Below, one piece after another: positions 12,711 through 25,975 of a DNA stretch of 64,000 bases (its first letter is position 1; each line of letters opens with the position of its first letter). The DNA lies in assembly GCA_001179505.1 (NCBI GenBank), contig CDMY01000281.1:62001-126000 (forward strand). Reading direction: 5' to 3'. Under the pieces are notes generated by a model. It did not search any database, was not told the origin of the DNA, and saw only the letters and a list, made by a program, of their open reading frames with translations. Source of the stretch: Vitrella brassicaformis CCMP3155 (Eukaryota > Protista > Chromerida). The position numbers and the translations under genes were made by a program.

Positions 12711-15600
12711 ACGAATCGATGAGTCGAAGAGTCAGTGAGTGAGTGAGTGTGTCTGATGAGTGAGTGAGGCAGGCGGCCAGTCCATCCATCCATGCCGTGC
12801 CCGTGGGTTCCCATGGGTGTGGTGTGAGGTGAGAGGGCGGGGCAGACAGATTGCGCGCGGCCCTCAGGCTCTTTTTCGTACGCTCACTACACATACACAC
12901 AGGCCTTTTTCAACCATCCCACACACCTCACACACCCCACACACCAACACAGCGCAGCACAGAGAGCACAGAGAGTCTCTGGCGCGCTGTGCTCGTGTTG
13001 CGTGTCTGTCTGTCTGTCTGCTGGTCCCTCTGTCTGTCTGTCTGTCTGTCTGTCCATCTGTCGATTGCGTACTTGGGTGTGTAGACCGTAGCAAAGACTC
13101 CGCGCGAAATGCACGTGGCGGGCATTTGCGCAATTAGACCAACCGACCGACCGAATGAATTGGCAGGAGACGAGGGAGACGGGAGCGAGCGAGATCAGCT
13201 GGTGTATTTCACAGCATCGATCGACAGGGTGGAGGGAGGGATGGCCGCTTGCGATAGATGGGCAGGCAGAAAGGTCTCCGTCTGTCGAGCGGGCGAGCGG
13301 ACGGGCGGCAAGTGCTTTGTCGTTTTGTACTTGTGTGCATCATTGATCGATCCATCTGTCCATCCGTCCATCCATCCATGCATGCATGCGGCGTTCATTC
13401 GTTTCTGGGTCTTTTCCCCCGTCTGCCTGTCTGTCTGCCTGTCTGTCTGTCTGTCTGCCTGTCTGTCTGTCTGCCTGTCTGTCTGTCTTAATACCAGCTG
13501 CTTCGCTTCACTGACTGATCCATGCATGATTCGTTGGGTCCCTACCTCCTTCTCTGTTGGTATCCTTCTCTCCGTGTGCTGTGTGGTGTCGTTATGGGGG
13601 ATGGGGTGGGGTGTGAGTTTTGTCACTGACGGTCGATTCTCTGTCTAACCTCCATCCACATGGCTGGCTGGCTGCTGGCTTGGCTGCCCTGCCCCCAGAG
13701 GGAATGGATGGATGGATGGATGGGTGGATGGAGGTGGAATGCTTTCAATGTGATGTGCGCGTGGCGGGTGGAGGGAGGGGGGGAGGGAGGGATGGTGCTG
13801 CCCTAAACCTTGTGTCCCTGTGTGTGTGTGTGTGTGGATACCTCTGTGCATTTCGGCCGCTCTCTTACATACAAACAAGCATACCTTCTACACTCTCGCT
13901 GACCACACGGACGGGCACATTTGGTTATCCCTCCCTCTCATTCTCCTTCTCTCTGCCTGTCTGCCTGTCTTCCTGCCTGTGTGTGTGTGTGCATGATTGC
14001 CTTTATCAGTCAGTCTGTCTGTCTGTCTGATTGCGTGGCATTGAATGCACTGCATGGTTCCATGAGCGTCTCGTGTGTTTAGTGTGTGATCTGTGCGATG
14101 GATGGATGGATGAGCATGCCCTGCAGAGGTGCAGCAATGCGTTGTCTGTCTCTCTCCCTCTCTCCCTTCCTCTCTCCCTCCCTCTCTCTCTGTGTCCATT
14201 CTAAGTCTTTTCTCGCTCGCTGTCCGGCACGTCACATCACGTCTATCTGCCCGTCAGTCAGTCTGTCTGTCTGTCTGTCTCGGCTTGCAGCAATGTGCCA
14301 GGCGACAGGTGCACCATAGACAGCATTTCTGTCACCACCCGGCAGGCAGGCAGGGACAGCCGTCATTGCTGTCCTTCTTGCCATCCATCCATCCATCCAT
14401 CCCATTCCACGTCACTCCATGTATGGGTCTTGCTTGCTTCCGTGTCTAATTGATCAGTCAGTGGTCTTGCTTACTTGTGTGTGTACTGTCTACACAGACA
14501 CACAACACATACATGCATACGTACAATTGTGATGGATTTGTTTGGAGTGGCATGGCATGGCATGGCATGGGCGAGTCGATATCGCACGCAGCCCATCGTA
14601 CGTCACGGCGACGTGTCTGTCGTAGGAACTCAGCAACTACTCACTCAGTCAGTACACAGTACACTCTCACGTATGGTTGGTATGGGCGTACGCGTCACCA
14701 TTTTTATTTATCGGCTACATGAATGGATGGATGTGTGGTCAATGGTCAATGGTCAATGGCTGCATGCGCTGTGTGTTGCATTCCATTGGGGGAGGGGAGG
14801 GGCGGGCTGGGTGGCTGTGTGTGCGTGAGGGTATCCATCTCATGTCATCTCATGTCATCTCATCTCTCTTGCAAGCAAGTGTGTCTGCTGTGTAAGAGTG
14901 TGTGACACTGTGTGTGTGTGTGATTGTTTGCCTATGTATGCGTGTATGCGTGTATGCCCGCCCGTATTGTATGTGCGCCTTAGTGTCTGTCTGTCTGTCT
15001 GTCTGCCTGCGTGTGCGTGTGCCACAATGCCATGGATCCATGGCCAGGTGAGCCTGCCTTCAAAGCGAGAGGGAGGGCGCCTGCGCGTACTTACATCACA
15101 TTCCATTCCATTCCATAACATGTGTGGTCGTCGGTCGATCAGTGTGTGTGCCTGCGGGGGGGCCGGGTGGATTGGTACCTGTAGGCCTCGGTAGGTGGTA
15201 TTGATTGCTTGACGCCCCGCCCCCCAGCGAGATCTGTAAGGACGGACGGACGAACAGGTGCAAGGCAAGGCAAGGCAAGGCAAGGCGGGGCGGGGCGTGT
15301 GTGGTCGTATACATCGTACGTACGTGTAGGTCTCTATCTGTGTGTGTACCTTACGGACGGGCGGACGGATGGACGCTCTACCACACACACATGGCATTGC
15401 ACAAGACAGTCAAGCTGTCGATGAATGGATGGATGGATGGAACAATATTGTCTTGGCCATCATCATCAGCAAAGTGATCCCGACTCTGTGGTGTCGATCC
15501 AGAAACTTTATTGATGGACACCGAAATCCGAGCAATCGCGGCCCAACTACTAATTCGCATGCATGCACGCCGCGTGGGGGGCCCACCGTCTCCGTATTTG
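12711..15600. repeat. Microsatellite-rich intergenic region
   Basis: Dense (GTCT)n, (GGAT)n, (GT)n, (GGCAT)n and (CAAGG)n tracts. No convincing exon. Confidence 0.7.
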
Positions 15601-15619
15601 CGTGGTAGCACACCAAGCC

Positions 15620-16510
15620 ATGCAGATCCCTCAGAGCATCGCTGCTGCTGCGGCCATCCTGATTGTTGCCTCCATCACCCCGTCTGAGGGCGCTTTAACT
15701 CGACACGACGTTAACGCCGCCAGGCCCGTGAAGTTCCGTCAAGGTGAGCAGTTCCTGCAGGGGATGCGTGTGTCTCGTCTTTGAATGAATGGTGGGTGGG
15801 TGCAGCGTTGACGCAGAGGCTCGGGTCTCACGGCGATGGCATTGCCACCGACACTGTCAGCAGCATCCTGCAGAACGGCACAGGTGCGCCACCGCGTCTC
15901 GTCTCAGAGCTTCTGATGGTCAGATGGATGGGCGCGTGTTGCCGTGTGTGCAGCTGAGCAAGAATGGACGCTCGACTGCAGTGGACACACACGTGAGCTC
16001 ATGGGGGAGAGAGTGAGTGAGGCACCCTTCCAACAGCTGCCATCTCTGGTTGCAATGCGCGACATCAGGTTGCTCTCTGTCCGAGCCATGCACGGCGGGT
16101 GCCGGAGGAGACATGTTTGAGATGTTCCAGGAGTGCTACACCAAAAAGACTTTCCTAGACGTGCTGACCGACAAGTTCCGCGGGGCCATCAAGGACGGCA
16201 GTGCGCTGACTCTGAGGCAGCAGGTAAGAGCATCTATCGATCATGCTCGTCTTGAGCAATGTTTCCGGATGTCTGTACGTGTGGGTGTGTATGCGTCAGT
16301 GCACCCGTGCAAGCCGCAAGAAGGCCACTGACCAGTACTTCAAGGCCCTTCAGGTGAGCTCGTACCAGTGTGTGTGAGGACGCGCTCTGTGTCTCTGTCT
16401 CGTGTCAGATGAGTGAACACTACAACGGCTCCTACTACAGAAGAGCTCTGGGTCAGATCGATTCCGTCTTTGCCGACTGCGAGTGCTGCATCAAGGAGAC
16501 GGCAGTCTGA
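15620..16510 (+). CDS. Small secreted protein of unknown function, about 5 exons
   Basis: Signal-peptide-like MQIPQSIAAAAAILIVASITPSEG. Exons join in phase: ...KFRQ-ALTQRLGSHGDG...NGT-GCSLSEPC...MFQECYTKK...RQQ-CTRASRKK...ALQ-MSEHYNGSYY...DCECCIKETAV*. Confidence 0.7.
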
Positions 16511-17087
16511 CCAACTGACTGATTGAACAAGAGCCTCAAGGGCGGGCAAACAGACCGACCCGACATTAATTCTCAAGTTACATGCACAACAGAATCTTAT
16601 CCTTATCGACAGACACTGTTCGAGAGACATTGGGTCAGCTCAAAGGGAAGGAGGAAGTGCCAGTCTGTCAGACATTGCCTTGCATCGCACAACACCAGAG
16701 GACAGCTCCTGTCACCAACCAGGAGCCACGGCCAAGCGTGAGTGACCACCCCTCCCTCCAGATCTCTGTGCGCGTGCAGAAATCAACGCAACGAGGGAGG
16801 GGAAAAACTTCGGTGCGCACACCGGTCGATGACCGATCGTATGAGCGTTAGTCGGGACCCCCCCTCCCCACCCCGTCGTCAGCCAGCTACCACAGTAAGT
16901 ACGTCACACACAACACTTACTAACAGTCACCCTCTACCGACAGACAATACAGTTCGTTCTCCAAAGCACCACATGTAAGACCTGGCCTGGCCACCGATAC
17001 ATCAGAAAAACTCGTGCACTTGAAATACCCGGACGTTGCCATGCCACAGACATACTCATGAGCCAAAAAACCGCTCCGAGTGGTCAG

Positions 17088-18620
17088 TCAGTAAGTGAAG
17101 CTCTCCGTCATGATTCGGTCGGACGGCATGCCGCATCTCGCGAGCGTCGCCGTGACCTCCTCCATGAAGGTCTCTGCCCCACACACACCCACAGCTGCTG
17201 TCGCTGTCAGTGGTCTCCTCAGACCCTCCGGTGGTGTCGTAGATGTACTCGATGGGCCGCATGCACCTGCCCGCCCACATGAGCAGCCCGCCCCTCTCCA
17301 TGACCCGCCTAATGCAGCCCTCGTCGCCGCCCATCTCGCCAGCAGACCCACAGCCGCCTCCCGGGCCTTGCAGGTACACGCCGCCCAGCCTCTCTGCCAC
17401 TCGCTGCACCCGGCCCTTGTCAGCTCGCGTGATGGCCAGCGCCACAACCAGCTTGAACGGCAGGCTGCCGCTGTCGTCTTGGTCTTGCTGGTCTGCGAGC
17501 AGCTCGAGCAGCTCCTGGAAGAACGGAATGCTGGTGATCGATCGCGAGAAGTGCAGGTAGACAACAGTGCCCCTGTAATTGCCAGCCGAGAGGAGGCCGC
17601 GCAAAGAGGCGATGCATGGCGTGGCGCCCACGCCGGCAGAGAGGAGCATGACGGCTGGTGAGTGGTGCTGGGGGGCCGGGGGGACGAGGGAGGGGCGCAG
17701 CTCCGGGGGGTGGTTGGGGGATGCCGGCCATGCAGAGAACAGACTGAACTCTCTGTTTATTTAATGAAACCAACACGACAGACAGATTGCGAGTGAAGTG
17801 AGTCCCTCCCTGTGTGTGGCCCATCCACTCACTCCCTCACTCACCCAGCGATTCCGTCCATCTGGAGTGTGTGTCCCTCCTTGAGCATGGGGTGCATCTT
17901 GGGCGTGATCAGCCCGCCCTCCTGCCGACGCACCGATATCTCCACCCACCGCTGCCCCGCCGACACGATCACCGAACTGATCGTCCACGTTCGCACCACC
18001 TGGCCGCCATCACACCACACAACACAACACAACACAGCCCGCCACTGCATCACTCCCTCCCTCCAGCCACGGCAGTCAGTCTCTCTCACCTTGTCTGTGA
18101 GCCCCCAGCCCAGGTTGATGTCAGGGCCGAATGAGAAGATGGCGTACTGGCCAGGGAGGTGGGCCAGCGTGCCCTCGCCCTCCACTAGCAGCCGGAAGGT
18201 GCGGATGTCGGGCGTCTCGGGGCGAACGCCCACAACCGTCGCCTTCTTCGGCCACTTGGACGCCGACCCCTCTCCGTCAACCTGACCCATCTCTGTAGGT
18301 AGAAGGATGAGATGACAGAGGCACCACACACACACACACACACACATTGGTACAGGTGCAGTCGGCTGTGCACCACACCCACGCACCCATCTTTGCGAAT
18401 GAGTGCCACTTGCGCCACGGCCTTGTCAGTGACGGCAAAGTTGTACGGCGAGTAGTCGAGGAACGTCCACTTGAGGGGCAGCGGGGGCAGCAGGCGGCCC
18501 TCTTCGAGCGTGACTCTGACGGCCCTCTGTGCGCCCGGCAGGTGGGCGATGGACGACGGCTCCGTGATGATCTCTGCACGGCCCGTCAGCTGCAGCATGG
18601 CGCCACTCCTGACACACACA

Positions 18621-18654
<34 letters not shown>

Positions 18655-19940
18655 TATGGATGGATGACGCACGCACCGCGGGTACTGACCTGAAGTCCAC
18701 AACGAGTATTCCGGCCATTGGGACAACGACCAAGTTGCCGAGCGTCTACGTAAACACACACACACACACACACACACACATTGGAGCAGGCGCAAACAAA
18801 GAGCCCACACACATGCCAAGCAAGGCAGCTACGTTGAAGTGAAAGTTGCCGGTATAGTCGGGCCACTGGAATGTCCGCTCATCCAGCATCTCAATGAACC
18901 CGGGGCTTCCGCCTCGGTGCGACATGTCAACGCCCACACGTGGGTCGGCCATGTCTGCACCGCACCACAACGCCCCGCCCACAGACAGACAACACACAGT
19001 GAGAGAGAATCCACAATCTCTGTGTCTGCCGCCCGTGTGTGTGTTGCCGACCTGCTTGTGGAGTGACGTTAGTGCTGGCGATCCAGAAGCAGTCGGCGAG
19101 TGTGAGCATCTTGGTGTGCAGCGGGCTGAAGGTCGTGAAAGACTCCACAGACGCGCCGCTGCCGGCCGCTGCCGAAGCATCGTACTGCACAAACAGCAAA
19201 AGGACACACAACAAATCTACAGATCTCCGGGCCTCGTGGTATCTGTGCTCGTGTGACCGACCTGTCCGAGCCGGGCGGTGATGTATTTCGGGCAGTTGCC
19301 GAAGCTCACGTCGGCCTCCATGCCCCATCTCCCCTCACCCACACCCACGATGGTCCCATTCAGCCGATTCCGGCGCCGCGTGTGGAGCTCCTGGCTCAGC
19401 ACGCCCACCTTGCCTCCTTCTTTGACGCTCTCGGCGAAGACGTCCCCCTCGGCCACCGTTGACGTGAACTGCAGCTGTGTGGGCGAGCGGCCTTTGATGA
19501 AGCCTGGCGGCCCTGCGAGCATTGACGCCCATGGGCGGCCTTTAGTGTCCTGTGTGCCGACGAGTATGTAGGGGAGCTTCTCGTAGAGCTCGATGTGCTG
19601 CGGAGGGATGAAGCGACGGTTGACGATGCGACCGAAGTCCTGAGGGGAGGGCACCCACACACACGCAAAGGACGATGTCACTGGTGCGTGTGTTGTGCTG
19701 TGCCGCGCTGCGTTTGGCTTACTTGCAGCTTGTGGAACTCCTCAGCGGGCATGAACTGTTGCTGCAGCTGACGCTCGGCGTCCTGCACAGATATGACGGA
19801 CAGACAGACAGGCAGGCACAGTTGGTGCGTGTTAGGTGTAGTTTATGTGTGTGCTGTGCCTGTCTGTGCGTGTGTACGTGGAACGGTGACGGCGTTGCGG
19901 GGTCTTTGTAGTCCCATCTGTACGTCTGCACCAGCGCCAT
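17088..19940 (-). CDS. Pyridoxamine 5'-phosphate oxidase-like FMN-binding domains fused to a ferredoxin-reductase-type FAD/NAD(P) oxidoreductase
   Basis: GRPWASML.G.PGF, TRRRNRLNG, SFGNCPKYI, DMSHRGGSPGF, WPDYTGNFHFNTLGNL (tandem PNPOx-like domains); PGQY, RTWTISS, EISVRR..GGL, LLSAGVGATP, VCG..FM...I.TESF (FNR-type). The C-terminus needs a frame change; see findings. Confidence 0.85.
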
Positions 19941-20183
19941 GATCTCGTTCTCCTCTCAGCCAGTCAGTTGGTTCAGATGTGACTTCAACAAATGGCCCTC
20001 TCTCGGACGAGATGCCAACACGAGTCAATATCTTCTCGCTTGCTGATATAGCAGCCGCCCTGTCCTGACCGCAGCATCATCTTCCTCCCTCCTTTCGTCT
20101 CGTCACAAAGGAGCCTTTGACGATCCTGGCACAGACGCACCCCGGCCGCGCCTCCCTGGCCGTGTTTAAGAAATTAAGCCGCC

Positions 20184-22885
20184 ATGTGGTCGCCGGCGGT
20201 GTGGTTAGCGTTGGTCATCGCTCCGTTGATGTCGGTTCGGTGCGCTCCTCCACAGAGCGTGAAGCCAGGGGGGCTACGTGCGTCAGATGAGTGCAGCAAG
20301 CCGGTGTGGCAAGATCTGGCCGATGAGATGGGGACGATGGTCGCCATGCTGAAAACGAAGCAACTCGCGCAGTTGACGGTGAGCTGATTCGGTGTGATGG
20401 AGAGGGAGAGATGAGAGATCCACTTCCTCATTCAGTTCATTCTCTGTGTGCTGTGCTGTGCTGTGTCAGCGTCGGTTGAGTGAGTGGCTGTATCGGCTTG
20501 TCGGCAGCACACGTGTGGCCTTTGAGTGTGGCACGGCCGTGGCGGCCCTGTTCAACCTCCTCACACACACATACACACAGCAGGCAAGCCCACCCAGCGC
20601 CTGTGCCACGGGCGCCTCTGTGTACTGTATGTGTCGGTGTCTTTGGCCATGCATCATGATGTCTGTCTGCAGGGTCTCTATGTGCGCGCCCTCCGCACCA
20701 TGCAGCTGGCCGTGGCCTTTGCCGCAATGGACTACCAGAACAAAGGCATGGACCACACACGCGTGTGCCGTTGTCGTTGGTTGGACCTGTGTGTGTGTGT
20801 GTGTGTGTGTCGGTGCGGTGGGTTGGTGGATGGTTTCTCAGGTGAGGAGTACGTTGACCGTTCTCCGTGGCCGGTGCAGTGGCTGACGCTGACGGAGGAC
20901 GTCCAGAAGCTCAAAATGCTCCTCCACCAGGTGAGGTGACTTGCGCGACCAGAACTGAGTGAGCACCACAGCCTGCCTGACGGCACTCACTCGTTCATCA
21001 GATAGAAGCAGACGCCCAGCCGTGGCGCGCCCAGCCACTGACAGAGAGCTTAGGTAGGTACAAAACTGATATACCCAAAAAGTCATTCGATGGATGGCAT
21101 ACCGTTTTCTCGTCTCTAGCAGAGGAGCGTTCTTCTCTTTCGTCGTCGTCGGCGGCCAACTTGAGCATCAGCATCGCGACGGTGTGCGAGTACGACAGGA
21201 GGGTGACCCGGCTGGCTGAGTGGTCGCTCGCCAACAAGAAGGCCTACGCCGACGCGCACGGCTACCACCTCACACACCACACACACAGCCCCACCCTCAA
21301 CCTCACCATCGACGGTACTGAAGTGACTTGACTCACTCACTCGACACACACGCACACGCACCCCATATACTTCCGCTCTTGCTTGTGCTGCATGCAGATG
21401 GCGCCCCTCCCGCCGACCGCCCAGCCGCCTGGGGCAAGGTCGACGCCGTGCTGGGTGAGCTGCTCACGGGCCAGTACGACTGGGTGGTGTGGATGGACTG
21501 CGACGCCTTCATCCACAACCCCGCCATCCGCGTACAAGACCTCATCCATCGGGCAGGCGGGCAGACGGGAAAGCTGGCTGGGGAGGAGTTTGGCCGGATT
21601 GCTCGGCGGTTTGGCCGATGCACCACCACCAGTACCACCAGCGGCAGCAGCGGCGGCAGGAAGGGTGTGAGTGGTGGCGTGACGACCGTCAAGTGTGACG
21701 GCGGGTGCGGGGCTGGGCTTGGGGCTGGGCTTGGGGCTGGGCTTGGGGGTGGGAAGGCGTGTGACGTGGCTGCTGCATCGGTTTGGGCGTCTGCGAATGG
21801 AGAGGCAAAAAGGTGTGCCAGCACAGCGCACAGCCAGGAGGCAGGACAGAGTGCATCCATTCCATCTGTCTGTCTGTGGTCGTGCTTGTGTGTGTGTGCT
21901 GCAGTGGTGGTGGGCCTGTGTGGGAGCCCCTGCAGCTGTTTGACCACCAGCAGGTCAGTCAGGTGCTGTGCTGCGGGTGAAGCGACTGCCTGTGTGTGTC
22001 CAGCAAAACAAATGCGACCACTGCCCTGCCGCTTTGGCTTTCCACAGGTTGAGCTGATCGCATCTGAGGACGGCCTGATGCTCAACACAGGCACTGCGTC
22101 TCACAACAAGGAAGCTCTGGTGGACACGTGTCGGTGTGTGCGGTTAGTGCCTGCAGGTGTGTGGATGGTTCGGGCCTCCGAGTGGTCGGCGTCTTTGCTA
22201 CAGGGTGTGCGGGCGATGACCTTCGCCGACAACCCCGTGACACGCCACCCCTGGTGGGAACAAACCGCTATGGTAAGTGAGAATCAACACGCCAACAAAA
22301 ACACACACTTCTCCTTGACTGAATTCCGTCTGACAGCTGTATTTGCTGTTGCTTCCGTTCGTTCTGGCGGCTGCCAGCCGTCACGACACAAAGCCGGCGG
22401 ACCACACACACGAAGGTTGGTCACCCACCCACTCACAGCCCGAGAGAGAGAGAGACAAGTCTCACTCACTCATCAGTCAGTCAATTTGCGTTGGGTTTGT
22501 GTGTGTGGTGTGGTCACTGTGGTGCCAGACGGGTGGGGCTTCGCGCCGAGTGTCCGGCTGCTGCCCCAGCGGCACATCAACTCCTACCCCCCACTCATCG
22601 CCAGCAAACTCGCCTCACACGCACACGTCGATGAGGTATATGCGTCAGTGGGAGGGAGCCTTGGCGAGTTGGTGTAGATGTGTCTGCCTGTGCGTGTATG
22701 TCTGTGTGTCTGTCTGTCTGTCTGTCTGTGTGTCTGTGTGTGTGTGTGATCAGGGTGACTGGATCGTGGCCTTCAATGGGTGCAGGGTATACTCGTCCCA
22801 GGAGGTGTGCAACGCCTTGTTTGAGAGCTACTACCACCGGGCGAAGGCGAAGCTAGAGAGGTGGAAGCAGGAGCGGAAGGTTTAG
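20184..22885 (+). CDS. Glycosyltransferase family 34 (GMA12/MNN10-like) with N-terminal signal or anchor
   Basis: NKKAYADAHGY, AWGKV, YDWVVWMDCDAFI (DxD), SEDGLMLNTGVWMVR, WWEQTAM, LPQRHINSY, GDWIVAFNGC. Confidence 0.85.
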
Positions 22886-23403
22886 GAGCACCAGGGCCTT
22901 GAACGAAACCATCGGACAAACACACCGATTTGTGTGTGTGTGTGTGTGTGTGAGCGTGTGAGCGTGTCGGTCTCTCGGATCATGAGTCACATCGCGTTAA
23001 CACACAGAGTCCCCAAGTAGTAATCTTTGCCACAAATCGCACAGACAGCCATCTATATCCCTCAATCTCTCACTGACTGAAAAAAGACAACGGCCGGCCC
23101 TTTGACTGTGAGTGGTCATGCCCACCCCCGTCCATCGCTCGGCTGGCCACTGACTGAGTGTATCCTACAGCGCATCGGTAGCAAAAAGTGCCCGCACCAA
23201 AGTCGCCCCCCCCCACACACACACACGACCACCCGAGAGGGGCATGCATGGCACACAACACACATGAGAAAGAAACCACACACACACACACACACACTCA
23301 GGCCGTTCCTCCACTTGGAGGCCCCAAACCCTGAGTGCGTGCCGTGCACATGAGCAAACAGCACTGGCGGACACCTGCCTGCCCACCGAGACACACATCA
23401 CAT

Positions 23404-25733
23404 TCAGACGGCCGCCGCAAGAGAGGTGCCTCCACCTCCACCACCCAGCTGGTCATCGTCAGCTGGCTGCAGTGGGTTGCCGATCACCTCGGGCGCCACG
23501 CTGATGGCGTAGCTGTCCTGCCGGTGACTGCCAGAGAGCCGCAGCACGCGAGCCAACGACAGGAGCCTCGCCGCGCCCCCGCTCCCACTCCCGTTGCCGA
23601 TGACCACCCGCCGCCGCTGCCGCCTCAATCTTCTCTCTCGGCGCCTTCTCCTTCGCGCGCGTCGCAGCCAGCGAATGCTGAAAAGCCCCCACACAAAGGC
23701 CGTCTGCTGCTGCTGTTGATGGTGCTGATGTTGTTGCTGCTGCTGCTGCTGCTGGTTGGCGGCTGTGGTCGCTGTCGAGAAGAGGGAGAGGGTCCTGAGA
23801 GGGTGTCTGCGACATCGCCTGTGCACAAGGTAGCAGAACTCCCCCATCGCCATGGACACGCTGTCGAGGAACCGGTCGATTCTGCTGCACGAGGCAGAGA
23901 GGTAGGGCCCCCGGGCAGGGAAGAACGAGTTGTCGCTGCCCTGACGCTCGTTGGTGAGCGATGATGAGCGGGCAGAGGGCGGGGCGAACCATGAGGCGTC
24001 GGTGGGCGACGCGAGGGACTGGGCGATGAACCATGAGTGCAGGCAGCTGTAAAGGACCAGGAAGACCACCATGAACGGCAGGGCCACTTGGCCGTACTTC
24101 CACCTCAACACACGCACGCACACCCACACACACGCATCAACGTCTCCCTCTCTTCTCTCTCTCTCTCTCTCTCTGACTCTCTGTTTCTCACGTGAAAAAT
24201 GCCGCCGAATACGCCGCGAGAAGCGAGACCCACCGTGCCGTCCACACTAGGCCGAACCCCGAGTTGAGCACGTGTGAGGAGTAGTGTTGCGTGCCGTCCC
24301 CGCTGCTGCCGCCCTCATTCTTGAAGAACCTCTTGAGCCAGCACAGAGGGTAGAGCCGGGCGATGTCGAGCTCGATGTCCCAGAAGAGCATGGCGCCCGT
24401 GTAGAAGAAGAAGTAGACCAGGTCGAAGGACTGACCCAGGTGGGCCGGCGTCAGGGTCAGACCTGACGAGACGAATGAAAAAAGACAGCAACGAGAGCAC
24501 ACCCATATGCGTGTGTGTATGTGCCATGCCAGCCAGAAGTCCAATCCAGGTTCCCTCACTCACCGAATCGCGCAATGGCGAAGTAGTGGAGATACTCCAT
24601 CACAGCCAGGGCCGTCAGCATCGTCATCTCACGCGAACCACTGCCAGTGACAAAACCAGGCCACCCTCGCGTCAGCCGGAGGAACGATACCCTTAGCCGC
24701 AGGGCGACCAACGACACGAAGGCGATGGCGTACTGGAGGGCCAGGCGGGTGCTGCGCGGGGAGGGTGCGGGGGCGGCGCACTGGCCTTTGTGGAAGTCAG
24801 TGTAGGTGCAATGGGGGGGCAGCCTCTGCGCGGTTAGCCAGAAGATGGCCGTCAGCATGTAGAGAACCAGGTGGCAAAGCGTCAGCCATGAGCGGACCTG
24901 AGAGAGAGACAACACAAACCAACCAGCGAGTTTGATGTGTGTGTGGCGCTCGTTGGAATGCATTGGTCTCTCATGACACGCAGTCAGTCAGATTCACTCA
25001 CCAGTGGGATCTTGGGCAGCCACTGCGGCACGGAAGGCGCAGTGCACCCCGCCACTCGGTCCCACTTGCGCGCCATCCGCCGAGAGGCCATCGCCACACT
25101 CACCATCCCCCCCACGACAGCCACAAGCGCCGCACCAAACACACCAACCGCCACAAAGAGAAGCGCATCAGCAGCCCACGGCGCCACGAGCATCGCCAGC
25201 AGCACCACCAACCACACACCGGCACCCAGCCCCCTCATCCCCAGCTGAAAGGCCCATATGTCAGTGCTGACCACCTTTTCCTGCAGGGCACCGCGGTCCT
25301 TGTGCAGGCACCTCCGCTTCAGCCTGGATATGTGGTCCGTCCACAGTATCTGAAACATGGCCGGGGCGTCCTCGAGGGATCTGGTGAGCTGCCTGAGCTG
25401 CGGGGTGCACTGGGACAGACGCAGCAGGTCCAGTGGCGCACAAAACCGCAGCAAGGTCTCCTTCAGCCCCTCCGTCTGGACGACGCCCTCGAAGTTCACG
25501 TCGCTGTCGCTGTCGCTGCGGCTGTTGGCAGATGGGGGCTGTGCCGCAGCCTGTGCGTCCTGTGGTTGGGGTGCATTCGCCGTCAGTGCATGCTGCTGTG
25601 CGGATGGCTGTGACATCGGTGTGCCTGTCGGACGGAGGCCCCTCATGCTGACGCGGCAGAAGTAAGACGAGCGACGGAGCCCAGTGCGGATGCGCGCGCG
25701 CGAAGATGATCTTCGCTCCATTGTCGCAGGCAT
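23404..25733 (-). CDS. Multi-pass membrane protein with an N-terminal F-box-like segment
   Basis: EGLKETLLRFCAPLDLLRLSQCTPQLRQL fits the F-box pattern. It is followed by roughly 7-9 hydrophobic segments across four exons and a Q-rich tail. Confidence 0.6.
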
Positions 25734-25975
25734 GGATGCCACACCAGCACCAGCAGGTTGGAGGTGAGACCTCAAGCTCGCACGACCTCGGGGCTTGAGT
25801 GACGACTGTTTCAGGACTCGTTGGACGTGCTTGCATCTCTCAGATCAGTGTCACTGACGACACCCTTTCACAAGGTGGGCTGAGTTTCACCGGAACAGAC
25901 AGCAGCGCAGCCTTGATGATTTCCCTGCCTTGCCTTGCCTGCAGGTGGTGTGGAGCGACTGTGAGTGAAGATAAT

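Noticed and set aside
12711-15600. Hidden gene or lncRNA in the 2.9-kb spacer
   Set aside because: Only microsatellite translations, with no in-phase chain of coding-like exons. A non-coding transcript cannot be excluded without RNA data.
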